From Candidatus Poseidoniaceae archaeon (GTDB taxonomy: Archaea; Thermoplasmatota; Poseidoniia; Poseidoniales; Poseidoniaceae), in the NCBI GenBank assembly GCA_045568475.1, contig JBJLAY010000040.1, positions 1-61,373 on the forward strand: a stretch of 61,373 bases of DNA, read 5' to 3'. This document shows, piece after piece, positions 1-9,462 of this stretch (within the stretch, counting starts at the first letter, position 1; each line of letters begins with the position of its first letter). The position numbers and the translations under genes are program-made. The notes below the pieces were generated by a model. It saw nothing but the letters and a program-made list of their open reading frames with translations. It was not told where the DNA came from and made no database searches.

Positions 1-463
1 AGATACTCAATGTAACTGCGATAATAGACAGGATGCCGACAACACCTCCACCTAATGGTTCAATGTATTGACTCATTATGAGGATGACGAATGCCCATTC
101 TTTGCCATTAACGAATTGCATGCCAATACCTGTTTTTAGTCCCAGTTTACCTGTGGATTCTGAAATATTCAGAGATGAAATATCAAATTTGAATAAAGCC
201 ACAGCCATAGCTAACAAGAATAGCATCCCAATCCAATGAAGGGCGACTAGTGCTGTCTCATTTTCACTTAGTGAATCAATTGCTAATCCAACTGTAAATT
301 CCATTATGAATAATCCAATCGCCATACCGGTGATTAACGAGATGTTACTCTTTCTTCCAAACAGGCCACTGTGAGCGAATGCAGTTAATGCATTTGGACC
401 AGGAGTAAGTAAAGCAATAGCGATAATCAGCAACAACTGAAGTAAAGCAGTTGTTGCATCCAT
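1..463 (-). CDS. LysE/RhtB-family amino-acid exporter (C-terminal part runs off the window)
   Basis: My own translation of the minus strand from the ATG at 463 gives MDATTALLQLLLIIAIALLTPGPNALTAFAHSG..., open down to base 1. It has an N-terminal TM helix plus the PGPN motif typical of LysE/RhtB. It is absent from the ORF track because no stop lies in the window. Confidence 0.6.
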   Translation of the reverse strand, partial: MDATTALLQLLLIIAIALLTPGPNALTAFAHSGLFGRKSNISLITGMAIGLFIMEFTVGLAIDSLSENETALVALHWIGMLFLLAMAVALFKFDISSLNISESTGKLGLKTGIGMQFVNGKEWAFVILIMSQYIEPLGGGVVGILSIIAVTLSI

Positions 464-523
464 GAAGGCTCGACCCTATCATGATAAATAACAATTCAGC
501 AGGAATCGGTTGCCAAATGCCAA

Positions 524-3500
524 TCACATGTTGCGACGATACTGTCCACCAACTGCGAACAGTGCATCTGTGATTTGACCAAGTGAAGCAACCTTGGTTG
601 TCTCCATCAATTCCTCGAATACGTTACCGCCTTCTCTAGCGACCTGCTGCAATCTACTGAGTGCCTCTTCATCGCGTGGAATTGCTTGAGTTCTCTCAAG
701 ACATGCCTGTTTCTCATCAGGGTTAGCACGGGCAAGTTCCATGTCGAACTCATCTGCGGAATCTTCGTCGAAGTCTGTAGCATTTGGATTTAGGAATGTG
801 TTTACGCCGATGATAGGTAGTGTACCATCATGCTTGAGGTGCTCGTAGTACATGCTTTCATCTTGGATCTTACCACGCTGGTACATTGTCTCCATAGCAC
901 CGAGAACTCCCCCTCTGCGAGACAGTGCTTCGAACTCTTGCAGAACTGCTTCCTCAACCAAGTCAGTCAATTCCTCAACGATGAATGAACCCTGCATCGG
1001 GTTCTCAGTCTTGGTCCAACCGCTTTCCTTGTTGACAATCAACTGGATTGCAAGCGCCCTTCTAACCGATTCCTCGGTCGGGGTGGTAATCGCCTCATCG
1101 TATGCGTTGGTGTGCAGCGAGTTGGCATTGTCTTGAATCGCCAATAGTGCCTGCAAGGTTGTGCGAATATCGTTGAAATCAATCTCTTGTGCGTGAAGAC
1201 TTCGCCCACTAGTCTGAATATGATACTTGAGCTTCTGACTGCGAGCATCTGCACCATACAAGTCACGCATAGTTACAGCCCATATACGGCGAGCAACTCT
1301 TCCAATGACTGTGTATTCTGGGTCTAGGCCATTGGAGAAGAAGAAAGAGAGGTTAGGTGCAAACTCTGCAACATCCATTCCTCTGCTTCGATAATACTCA
1401 ACGTAGGTGAAACCGTTTGCAAGAGTCAGGGCCAATTGTGTAATTGGATTTGCTCCTGCTTCTGCGATATGGTAGCCGGAAATTGAAACCGAGTAGTGGT
1501 TGCGCACACCATTGTCGATGTAGTACTGCTGAACATCGCCCATCATCTTCAGAGCGAAGGGTGTAGAGAAAATACAGGTATTCTGTGCTTGGTCTTCTTT
1601 GAGAATATCAGCCTGAACTGTACCACGAACTGTCTGCAGAGTCTTTGCTTTGATTTCTGCATAGGTTGCGCCGTCTACCATTTCGTCTCCTCGCTTTCCG
1701 ACTGTAGCAAGGCCGAATCCATCGTGTCCTTCAGGCAAATCACCACGGTAGCCACTCGCATCTGCTTCTAGTTGCAGATGTTTCTCGACTTGTTGATCGA
1801 TTGCTGCATTGAGGTAGAATGCAAGAATAACTGGTGCTGGCCCATTAATTGTCATTGAAACAGAAGTATTTGCATCACACAAATCAAATCCGGAATAAAG
1901 ACGCTTAGCATCATCAATGCTAGCGATAGAAACACCAGAGTTACCGACCTTACCCCAAATGTCAGGTCGACGGTCAGGGTCACGCCCATACAGAGTTACA
2001 CTGTCGAATGCGGTAGAAAGGCGGACGTAATCTTGGCCTTGAGAAAGAAGATGGAAGCGACGGTTAGTCCTCTCGCCTTCTCCTTCACCAGCGAACATAC
2101 GAGCACTCAACTCATCGGTTCGCTTGAATGGGAATACTCCTGCTGTGAATGGGAAATGCCCTGGAGCATTCTCTCTTGCAATCCAATTGTACATATCTCC
2201 ATCATCGGAGTACTTCGGAAGTGCAACACGAGGAATCATCTGATGAGACAAGGATTCAGTAACTGTTGAGACTGTGAATGGTTTTCCACGAACATAGTAG
2301 GTGAATTCTCCACTGGAATACTGTTCTGCTAGATCTCTGAAATCTGAAACGATTTGACTTGCTTCTGCAATCTCTTCGCGTAATTCAGAAAGGTGATCAT
2401 CAACTTCACTCTTTATCGAAGGCAACTCTTTGCTTGCTGTCTCTAGATGCTGCATTACTCGCAACTTCTCTGCAACACCACCATTTTGTGCATGATAATC
2501 TCTAACAACAGATGAGATTTCTGAAAGATAGTGGACACGCTCAGGAGGAATTACTCCTTTGCGTTCACCGATTACTCCAATCGGCTCACTTGCATTGAAA
2601 TCAACCATTGCGGCTAACTTCTGCCAAAGGACATCAACTCCTGGGTCTGCGAATTGGCTAGCGATTGTAGCAACTACTGGGAGTTCCAAATCTTCGACGT
2701 CAAACATGTTACGATTACGTCTAACCTGTTTTCGAATTGCACGCAGTGCATCTTCACTGCCTCTCTTTTCGTACTTGTTTAGTACGACTAAGTCAGCTAC
2801 ATCAAGCATCTCGATTTTCTCTAACTGAGTGTGAGCACCGAACTCTGCAGTCATGACATACAGTGAGCGGTCAGAAACTGTAGTAATCGCATCACTACCT
2901 TGTCCAATTCCGCTTGTCTCACAGAATATCAAATCGAATCCAACAGCCTTTGCAGCCTCGATTGCTCTATCGAGGTTAGCGCTGATTTCTGAGCCGCTAC
3001 CCCTACTTGCTAAAGAGCGCATGAAGAGGTTGTTATTGGAAAGAGAGTTCATTCTAATTCGGTCACCTAGTAGCGCACCTCCAGTACGCTTTCTAGTTGG
3101 GTCAACACAGAGTAAGCACACTTTTTTGTCAGGGTTGTCACGAAGAATACGTAGCATCAATTCGTCCAACAAACTGCTCTTACCAGCTCCACCTGTGCCT
3201 GTGAAACCAATCACTGGAACATCATTATCGCTGGAACGAACCTTGTCTAGTGTCGCTTTGAATTCATCAGCACTAGCCGATTCTGATAGGGTCATTAGAA
3301 GTCCCACTTTGGCCATATCATCTGCCGTAATCGGTTCATTGAGACTTTGGATTCTACTGTCTGCAATCAAGTCGACCTCGCTTGCAGTACCCATCAAATC
3401 GTGAATCATCCCCATTAGTCCCATCTTTCGACCATCATCAGGAGAATAGATTTTGGAAATACCACTCTTGTGTAAATCTCTAATTTCAGGAGGTGTAATT

Positions 3501-3859
3501 GTTCCACCTCCGCCACCAAAGATGCGAATGTGTTCGCAGCCTGCTTCGTCTAGCAATTGACGAATATAGGTGAAGTACTCCATGTGTCCACCTTGATATG
3601 AAGTCAAAGCTACTGCATGTGCATCTTCCTGAACTGCACAATCGACTACATCTTTCGCCGATCTATCATGCCCAAGGTGAATTACTTCTGCACCACTGGA
3701 TTGAATTAGTCTGCGCATGACATTTATCGCAGCATCATGGCCATCGAAAAGACTGGCTGCGGTGATTACACGAACTGGTCCGGTTGTTGTTTCAAACACC
3801 GGCGCCTCCTCGGACATGCTCCTACGGAGCATACATTCGTTCATCATGATACCGTTCAA
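524..3859 (-). CDS. icmF: Fused isobutyryl-CoA mutase (IcmF-type): B12-binding domain, MeaB-like G-protein chaperone and mutase catalytic domain
   Basis: 1111 aa. N-terminus AASLFDGHDAAINVMRR (B12-binding DxHxxG-type). Central P-loop GFTGTGGAGKSSL and NKYE (NKxD-like). Long C-terminal methylmalonyl/isobutyryl-CoA mutase-like TIM-barrel region. The domain order and length match IcmF. Confidence 0.85.
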   Translation of the reverse strand: MNGIMMNECMLRRSMSEEAPVFETTTGPVRVITAASLFDGHDAAINVMRRLIQSSGAEVIHLGHDRSAKDVVDCAVQEDAHAVALTSYQGGHMEYFTYIRQLLDEAGCEHIRIFGGGGGTITPPEIRDLHKSGISKIYSPDDGRKMGLMGMIHDLMGTASEVDLIADSRIQSLNEPITADDMAKVGLLMTLSESASADEFKATLDKVRSSDNDVPVIGFTGTGGAGKSSLLDELMLRILRDNPDKKVCLLCVDPTRKRTGGALLGDRIRMNSLSNNNLFMRSLASRGSGSEISANLDRAIEAAKAVGFDLIFCETSGIGQGSDAITTVSDRSLYVMTAEFGAHTQLEKIEMLDVADLVVLNKYEKRGSEDALRAIRKQVRRNRNMFDVEDLELPVVATIASQFADPGVDVLWQKLAAMVDFNASEPIGVIGERKGVIPPERVHYLSEISSVVRDYHAQNGGVAEKLRVMQHLETASKELPSIKSEVDDHLSELREEIAEASQIVSDFRDLAEQYSSGEFTYYVRGKPFTVSTVTESLSHQMIPRVALPKYSDDGDMYNWIARENAPGHFPFTAGVFPFKRTDELSARMFAGEGEGERTNRRFHLLSQGQDYVRLSTAFDSVTLYGRDPDRRPDIWGKVGNSGVSIASIDDAKRLYSGFDLCDANTSVSMTINGPAPVILAFYLNAAIDQQVEKHLQLEADASGYRGDLPEGHDGFGLATVGKRGDEMVDGATYAEIKAKTLQTVRGTVQADILKEDQAQNTCIFSTPFALKMMGDVQQYYIDNGVRNHYSVSISGYHIAEAGANPITQLALTLANGFTYVEYYRSRGMDVAEFAPNLSFFFSNGLDPEYTVIGRVARRIWAVTMRDLYGADARSQKLKYHIQTSGRSLHAQEIDFNDIRTTLQALLAIQDNANSLHTNAYDEAITTPTEESVRRALAIQLIVNKESGWTKTENPMQGSFIVEELTDLVEEAVLQEFEALSRRGGVLGAMETMYQRGKIQDESMYYEHLKHDGTLPIIGVNTFLNPNATDFDEDSADEFDMELARANPDEKQACLERTQAIPRDEEALSRLQQVAREGGNVFEELMETTKVASLGQITDALFAVGGQYRRNM

Positions 3860-3889
3860 ATCAAAGGCCTAGAAGTTAGTGCGAGTCGT

Positions 3890-5335
3890 ATGCGACCCAG
3901 ATGGATTATGTCTCCACAAGAGGTCGCAGTCCTCGATTCCAATGCCGAAGCATTGGGTGCAGATATGGATGAATTGATGAAAACGGCCGCAGAACACCTA
4001 GCCAACGCACTTGAAGGCGCTCCCAAACCAATCTGGATATTGTGCGGTCCGGGAAATAATGGAGGAGATGGATTTAGACTTGCAACGATTTTCGAGGGCT
4101 GTAAAGTTGTAGCAACTCACGACAAGCAAAAGACTCCACTCGCCCAAAGAGCAAGAGATGATTGGAAAGGAGATGTGTACTCTATCGAGAATCTACCTGA
4201 AGAGCCTCCTGCTGTGATTGTAGATTGCCTACTTGGGGCAGGATCATTCGGCCAACCAAGGGGACAAGTTCTCAAAATGATGGAAAATATTCCAGGAAGA
4301 CCGATGGTATTGGCATGTGACATGCCAACTGGTTGCGGCTCAGGAGTATCTTTCAATGCCTTCAGAACTGTAACATTCGAAGCACCTAAATCGAATATGG
4401 TTGACTCCAATGGTAAATTACTGCCAGAAGTTGGAGACCTATTCATCGCCCCGGTTGGTTGGCCAGAAGAAACACTCGACCCTGGACCTGGAGACCTATT
4501 ACGATACCCACACCCGCAAGATGGGCAAATCAAAGGGGACAGAGGAAGAGTGCTAATCGTTGGAGGAGGCCCATACCATGGAGCACCAATTCTCTCAGGA
4601 ATGGCCGCTGCTAGAATGGGTGTGGACCTCGTCCATGTTGCAATGCCAAAAGCGGCCGCTGCTAGAGCGAAATGGCCTAGTGAACTTATTCAGGAATCGA
4701 TGACCGATCAAGAAATAATCACCAATGTATCAGATTTGGTCAAACGTTGCATGACAGGAAGAGGAGTTCAGGCTATGGTCATCGGCCCAGGGATGGGCGA
4801 TGCTCCTGAATCATTAGAAGCGGTAAAAATGCTGATTCAAGCAACTCCAAATATTCCAAAAGTGATAGATGCAGACGCAATTAGAGCCCTAAAGGGATGG
4901 CCGCAGGAGCTAATCGGAGTAGTTACTCCTCATCAAAAAGAACTGGAGAACTGGGTTGGAGATATCGAATCAGTACCCGAATTAATAGCCGGTTCAGGCG
5001 AAGCAAGAGTCGTTATTCGAACCGGTGCTGAAGATATTATCATTGGTTCAGCAGGGCGCGGAGGAATAGGTGTAGGTGGAAATCCGCGCATGTCAATGGG
5101 TGGAACAGGAGACCTACTTGCTGGCAGTATAGGCGGCTTACTGGGGCTTGGATTATCACCCTGGAGTGCCGCTAGACTCGGTGTCCACCTAATGCGAGTT
5201 GCTGGGGAACTAGCAGAGAAAGAAATGGGGCCAGGAATGGTGGCGGATGATATTCCGCCTTATCTCTCAAGAGCACTGATCACAGGACCGGTTCTTCTCC
5301 GTCAACCAATGCAGGAAGACCCTTCTTCTTCCTGA
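3890..5335 (+). CDS. nnr: Bifunctional NAD(P)H-hydrate repair enzyme (YjeF_N epimerase + YjeF_C dehydratase)
   Basis: CGPGNNGGDG (YjeF_N), VGGGPYHGAPILSGMAAARMG and GGTGDLLAG (carbohydrate-kinase-like YjeF_C). I moved the start to the ATG at 3890 (alternative 3908), because the track start at 3737 overlaps the icmF 5' end. Confidence 0.8.
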   Translation: MRPRWIMSPQEVAVLDSNAEALGADMDELMKTAAEHLANALEGAPKPIWILCGPGNNGGDGFRLATIFEGCKVVATHDKQKTPLAQRARDDWKGDVYSIENLPEEPPAVIVDCLLGAGSFGQPRGQVLKMMENIPGRPMVLACDMPTGCGSGVSFNAFRTVTFEAPKSNMVDSNGKLLPEVGDLFIAPVGWPEETLDPGPGDLLRYPHPQDGQIKGDRGRVLIVGGGPYHGAPILSGMAAARMGVDLVHVAMPKAAAARAKWPSELIQESMTDQEIITNVSDLVKRCMTGRGVQAMVIGPGMGDAPESLEAVKMLIQATPNIPKVIDADAIRALKGWPQELIGVVTPHQKELENWVGDIESVPELIAGSGEARVVIRTGAEDIIIGSAGRGGIGVGGNPRMSMGGTGDLLAGSIGGLLGLGLSPWSAARLGVHLMRVAGELAEKEMGPGMVADDIPPYLSRALITGPVLLRQPMQEDPSSS

Positions 5336-6956
5336 CGTAGTCGGTATAATTACCGTAATACTTGGTGACGACGCCATCTTCTAATTCCCATATCTGATTG
5401 ACGACTTGGTCCAAGAACCATCTGTCGTGGCTCACGGTTACGATAGCACCGTCATATTCAGTTAGTGCATCTTCAAGAGTTTCTTTAGCATCCATATCCA
5501 AGTGGTTTGTAGGTTCATCAAGGAGTAGAAGGTTGTTCTCTTCAAGTAGAATCTTCAGTAAAGCAATACGTGCTCTTTCGCCACCAGAAAGTTTGCCAAG
5601 TGGGGTATCAACTTGCTCCTTAGCGAATTGGAAACGCCCTAGTGCGGCACGTATTTCACCATATGACATGTCAGGGCGCAAGATTTCTACTTGCTTCACA
5701 GCGTTTAGACTGAAGTCGAGAGTTCTGTGGTCTTGGTGATAGTATCCAATGATGGCACCTGGCGCTAAGTCCCTTGAACCAGAATCGATTGTTTCATCTC
5801 CTGTAATCATTTTCAGAAGAGTGGTTTTACCTTGACCATTGCCGCCGACAATACCGATTCTGTCACCCTTAGAAATCTCAAGGTCTTGATTATCCAAAAT
5901 TGGCCTCTTTAGTCCCTCGAATCTCTTTGATGCTCCGAGGAATTGAATGATATCATTGCTGGATTTGTCAGCTGCTTCCAAATTAAATCGCAATCCTTTG
6001 CGCTGTTTTGGCTTACGGGCCTTCAGTGCTTTCAATTCCTGCTGCATCCTCTCGATCATCTTGTGTTTCGCAGAAATCGACTTGTCATATTTGTTAGCTG
6101 ATTTCATTGAGCGAAGTGCGCTTTGAGTGTGTGAAATTTTCTTTTCAACATTCTTGATTCTATCATCAAGCGCTGCAAGGAAGTTCTGTTTCTGCTTTAG
6201 GAACTCAGAGTAATTACCCTTGTAATTCCAGTTACGTAGATTGTCAATTTCAACAATTCTAGTACAAACTTGGTCAAGGAAATACCTGTCGTGAGACACG
6301 ATTAGTTGCGCCCCAACGAAATCGTTGATGAACTCCTCAAGCCACTCAGTGGTTTCGATATCTAAGTGATTTGTAGGCTCGTCAAGGAAGATGACATCTA
6401 CGCCTGCTAGACCGACTAACTGGCGTGCTAGAGCAAGTTTAGCCCTTTCTCCACCTGATAATTTGTTGACTTTCATATCCATTGGATGCTGGTCAAGACC
6501 AAGCATTTCCAAAATCGCCTTTGCAATATTTGCAACATTCCCACCACCAGATGCACCTAGCATGGTTTGTAATTCGGAGTAACGCTCCATTACTGGTTGC
6601 CAATTCCCGTCATAGAATGAAGGATCGACCATCTGTGCTTCAATCTCGGCAATCTCTTCTTCCAGCTCTTGGAATTGTCTACCTTTGCGAGATAATTCTT
6701 CTTCAATTGTTGAATCTTCATCAATGTCTCGAATCTGAGTTAGGTAAGCAATACGAATTCCTGATGCAAAATCGATGTCACCGACATCCTGCTTTTGTTC
6801 GGAAATAGTGTTGAGCAGTGTGGTCTTTCCGGCACCATTGTGACCTACAATCCCAATGCGGTCACCTTCATTGACCATGATATTGATGTCCTGTAAAACA
6901 GTGACCGGCCCGAATGAACGGTCGACACCCTCGACACGGATGAGTTCACGGGACAT
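5280..6956 (-). CDS. ABC-F family ATPase (two nucleotide-binding domains, no membrane domain)
   Basis: NBD1: GHNGAGKTTL, LSGGERAKLALA, VIFLDEPTNHLD. NBD2: GGNGQGKTTL, LSGGERARIALL, LLLLDEPTNHLD. A Lys/Arg-rich helical interdomain linker (...KHKMIERMQQELKALKARKPKQRK...) is as in ABC-F proteins. No TM segments. Confidence 0.85.
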   Translation of the reverse strand: MSRELIRVEGVDRSFGPVTVLQDINIMVNEGDRIGIVGHNGAGKTTLLNTISEQKQDVGDIDFASGIRIAYLTQIRDIDEDSTIEEELSRKGRQFQELEEEIAEIEAQMVDPSFYDGNWQPVMERYSELQTMLGASGGGNVANIAKAILEMLGLDQHPMDMKVNKLSGGERAKLALARQLVGLAGVDVIFLDEPTNHLDIETTEWLEEFINDFVGAQLIVSHDRYFLDQVCTRIVEIDNLRNWNYKGNYSEFLKQKQNFLAALDDRIKNVEKKISHTQSALRSMKSANKYDKSISAKHKMIERMQQELKALKARKPKQRKGLRFNLEAADKSSNDIIQFLGASKRFEGLKRPILDNQDLEISKGDRIGIVGGNGQGKTTLLKMITGDETIDSGSRDLAPGAIIGYYHQDHRTLDFSLNAVKQVEILRPDMSYGEIRAALGRFQFAKEQVDTPLGKLSGGERARIALLKILLEENNLLLLDEPTNHLDMDAKETLEDALTEYDGAIVTVSHDRWFLDQVVNQIWELEDGVVTKYYGNYTDYVRKKKGLPALVDGEEPVL

Positions 6957-7395
6957 GTTTCGAGGCGGCTGCCGCTCGCTTATGGACTCACCGTATAATT
7001 TTCTAAGACCAAAATCAAAATCAATCTAATTCAGGCAATAAATTACCATGAAATGAAGTTATGATTCCGACTAATGGAAATTGTGATTCCACCTTCCGGA
7101 ACTCAATCTCATGATTCCGTCTAATGCTGCGCAATACAGCATTTGACGCATCGAGACAAAAGTAAATAGGTGTAGAAGTGTAATGACTCATCATGGCGAG
7201 CAAAGTTGAGGAAACACGTCCGACTGCAGCAGAATCATTGGTCAAGGCATTTGTAACAGTCCTAGACAATGTCGAAGTGAGAGCACACTTCGATAGGGCA
7301 TCTATGGAAACGGCAAAGCGATTAGGTGCAAGTTCGATTACCTACCTCGCTTGAACAAGCAGAAAGGTCATGTCCATTAGCACTCTACGAGGCAT

Positions 7396-8004
7396 GTGGA
7401 CATAACAGCGATCTCTGCGGCTGCCGTGATGTTCATTCTCGGCGCTACATCTCCTGGCCCATCTTTAGCAGTAGTACTGCGTAACACTATGATTGGTGGG
7501 CGTAGTAGAGGACTTGCTTGCGCAGTAGGCCATGGCATAGGCTTTGGATTCTATGCGGTATCGGTTGTGTTTGGATTAGTTGCAATAATGGATAGCAATC
7601 CAAATCTGTTCACCCTAATGCAAATCCTTGGAGGTTTATTCTTACTTTACCTCGGAATAGAAATTATTCGTAGCGAAGAAAAAGAAATAGAACATTCAGA
7701 AGGTAAACGCGAGGGCTTTGTAGAGGGGTTCTTCATTGCATTCCTTAACCCTAAGATTGCAGTATTCATGTTAGCAGTACTATCAAGCGTCCTAGATCCT
7801 TCAATGTCCAGTGAGACAAAATGGATTATTGCAGGCATGGGGATGACTATTGATACCGTGTGGTACGTACTGGTAGCTCTCGTTCTTTCTAACTCCTCAA
7901 TGCTGACTAAAATTGAGAAAAACCAGCGGTTACTGAACCTAATAACTGGAATATTGATGATATGTCTAGCGATATGGACCGGTTACAAATTATCTGGACT
8001 TTGA
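7396..8004 (+). CDS. LysE/RhtB-family amino-acid exporter
   Basis: 202 aa with about 6 hydrophobic segments and an N-terminal ...GATSPGPS... motif. GTG start at 7396. It is a paralogue of the truncated gene at 1..463. Confidence 0.75.
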   Translation: MDITAISAAAVMFILGATSPGPSLAVVLRNTMIGGRSRGLACAVGHGIGFGFYAVSVVFGLVAIMDSNPNLFTLMQILGGLFLLYLGIEIIRSEEKEIEHSEGKREGFVEGFFIAFLNPKIAVFMLAVLSSVLDPSMSSETKWIIAGMGMTIDTVWYVLVALVLSNSSMLTKIEKNQRLLNLITGILMICLAIWTGYKLSGL

Positions 8005-8043
8005 CACATCAAAACTATTGATGTCAAGCGAAGCCACCCCCAC

Positions 8044-8847
8044 ATGCCAGAACTCCCAGAGGTGGAAACTGTCCGTACAGGACTATCTCGTTCATGGATT
8101 GGCAAGCGAATTGAAGGGGTTGAATTACGCCGTGAAGGTTTGCGTTTCCCCTTCCCTGAAGGATTAGAGAAACGCTTGACTGGCCAGAAGATAACTGACA
8201 TCAGAAGGCGAGCAAAGTATCTCTTAATCGACCTTGACAACGATGATGTTCTTCTTTCACATTTAGGAATGAGTGGCAAATGGACGCTTGATGCTAGTGA
8301 ATGTGAAGGCAAACATGACCATGTTGTAATCTACCTCGATGACGGGAGCATGTCGGTATACAACGATCCTAGAAGATTCGGAGTCCTTGATATATTCACA
8401 GGCACATCTCACAAATTACTAGACCATTTAGGCCCTGAACCGTTAGAAAACTGGACCGCTGAAGACTTGTATGAAAAATTGCAACGCAGAAAGAGTCCAA
8501 TCAAAATCTGCATACTGGACCAAAAAGTAGTGGTTGGAGTGGGCAATATCTATGCTTGTGAAGCTCTAAACAGAAGCCATATCTCTCCAACTCGTAAGTC
8601 AAATAAAGTGAGCAAAAAGGAATGCCAGGTACTTGTTAATGAAATCAAAGTGATTCTAGCCGAAGCAATTCAAGCAGGAGGCTCAACGCTCAGGGATTTT
8701 GCTGGAGTTGATGGCACTCTGGGTTACTTCCCTCATCAATTCAGAGTCTACGATAAAGAAGGTTCAGAATGTGAATGTGGAGGAACAATCGAAAGATTAG
8801 TCCAAGGTGGACGCTCTACATTCTGGTGCCCATCTTGCCAAAAGTAA
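8044..8847 (+). CDS. mutM: Formamidopyrimidine-DNA glycosylase (Fpg/MutM)
   Basis: The N-terminal MPELPEVETVR is diagnostic, with a catalytic Pro2/Glu3. C-terminal zinc finger CECGGTIERLVQGGRSTFWCPSCQK. 267 aa. Confidence 0.9.
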   Translation: MPELPEVETVRTGLSRSWIGKRIEGVELRREGLRFPFPEGLEKRLTGQKITDIRRRAKYLLIDLDNDDVLLSHLGMSGKWTLDASECEGKHDHVVIYLDDGSMSVYNDPRRFGVLDIFTGTSHKLLDHLGPEPLENWTAEDLYEKLQRRKSPIKICILDQKVVVGVGNIYACEALNRSHISPTRKSNKVSKKECQVLVNEIKVILAEAIQAGGSTLRDFAGVDGTLGYFPHQFRVYDKEGSECECGGTIERLVQGGRSTFWCPSCQK

Positions 8848-9462
8848 TCAATAGTGCTCGAGTACGGTTCGAACATCCTCTACAAAGAGATCTACTGGGA
8901 TATCGTAATGACTCCAAACCACCCTTCCCTTAAGGGCAGGGTCGAGGATGTAAGTTGGTGACGGGTGGGCTACAGTGTATCCTTCTTCTGAATCATCATC
9001 TTGTTCGATTGGAAAAACTCCATAGTTCTCATACACCGCTTTCAGATATTCCTCGCCACCTGTTAGATGCGGCCAATCGTATCCTCTTTCTTCAGTCCAA
9101 TTCTGAAGTTTGGAAGGTGAGTCTGTTCTCCAATCAACTGTTACTGAGACTATGCTGATTTGTTTCAATTCGTCCTCGGTTAGAGTATCCTGAACCATCT
9201 TGATATTCTGGCTTGTTACTGGACAGGTCTCATAACACCTAGTAAACATAAACACAAGAATTACCACTTTACCCGACTGATCATCTAAACTCCATAAATC
9301 ACCATCTGCACTTTCAAGAGTAAATTTGTAAGTGGAACTTCCTTCTAAATCGCGACCATTGTAGGTTGGGACTTCTTCTTCTTCATCAGACATGCATCCG
9401 GGAAGTAAGATAATCAGAGCAAGAATTACTGCTGTGAATCTGATATTCTCACCCCAGTTCAA
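8848..9462 (-). CDS. SCO1/SenC-family thioredoxin-fold copper chaperone, lipoprotein-like
   Basis: Signal peptide ending LLPGC. CYETCP (CxxxCP) motif and a downstream conserved His (VAHPSPTYILD). Confidence 0.75.
   Translation of the reverse strand: MNWGENIRFTAVILALIILLPGCMSDEEEEVPTYNGRDLEGSSTYKFTLESADGDLWSLDDQSGKVVILVFMFTRCYETCPVTSQNIKMVQDTLTEDELKQISIVSVTVDWRTDSPSKLQNWTEERGYDWPHLTGGEEYLKAVYENYGVFPIEQDDDSEEGYTVAHPSPTYILDPALKGRVVWSHYDIPVDLFVEDVRTVLEHY

Noticed and set aside
3737-3889. The first 51 codons of the track ORF 3737..5335 (MAIEKTGCGDYTNWSG...).
   Set aside because: It overlaps the 5' end of icmF on the opposite strand, is Cys/His-rich and is unlike any YjeF_N N-terminus. The ATG at 3890 gives a normal Nnr start just past icmF.
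7021-7269. The 82-aa minus-strand ORF, and a 53-aa plus-strand ORF (7193-7354), in the 6957-7395 gap.
   Set aside because: They overlap each other on opposite strands, have no motif, no clear RBS and unremarkable composition. The evidence is insufficient to call either.
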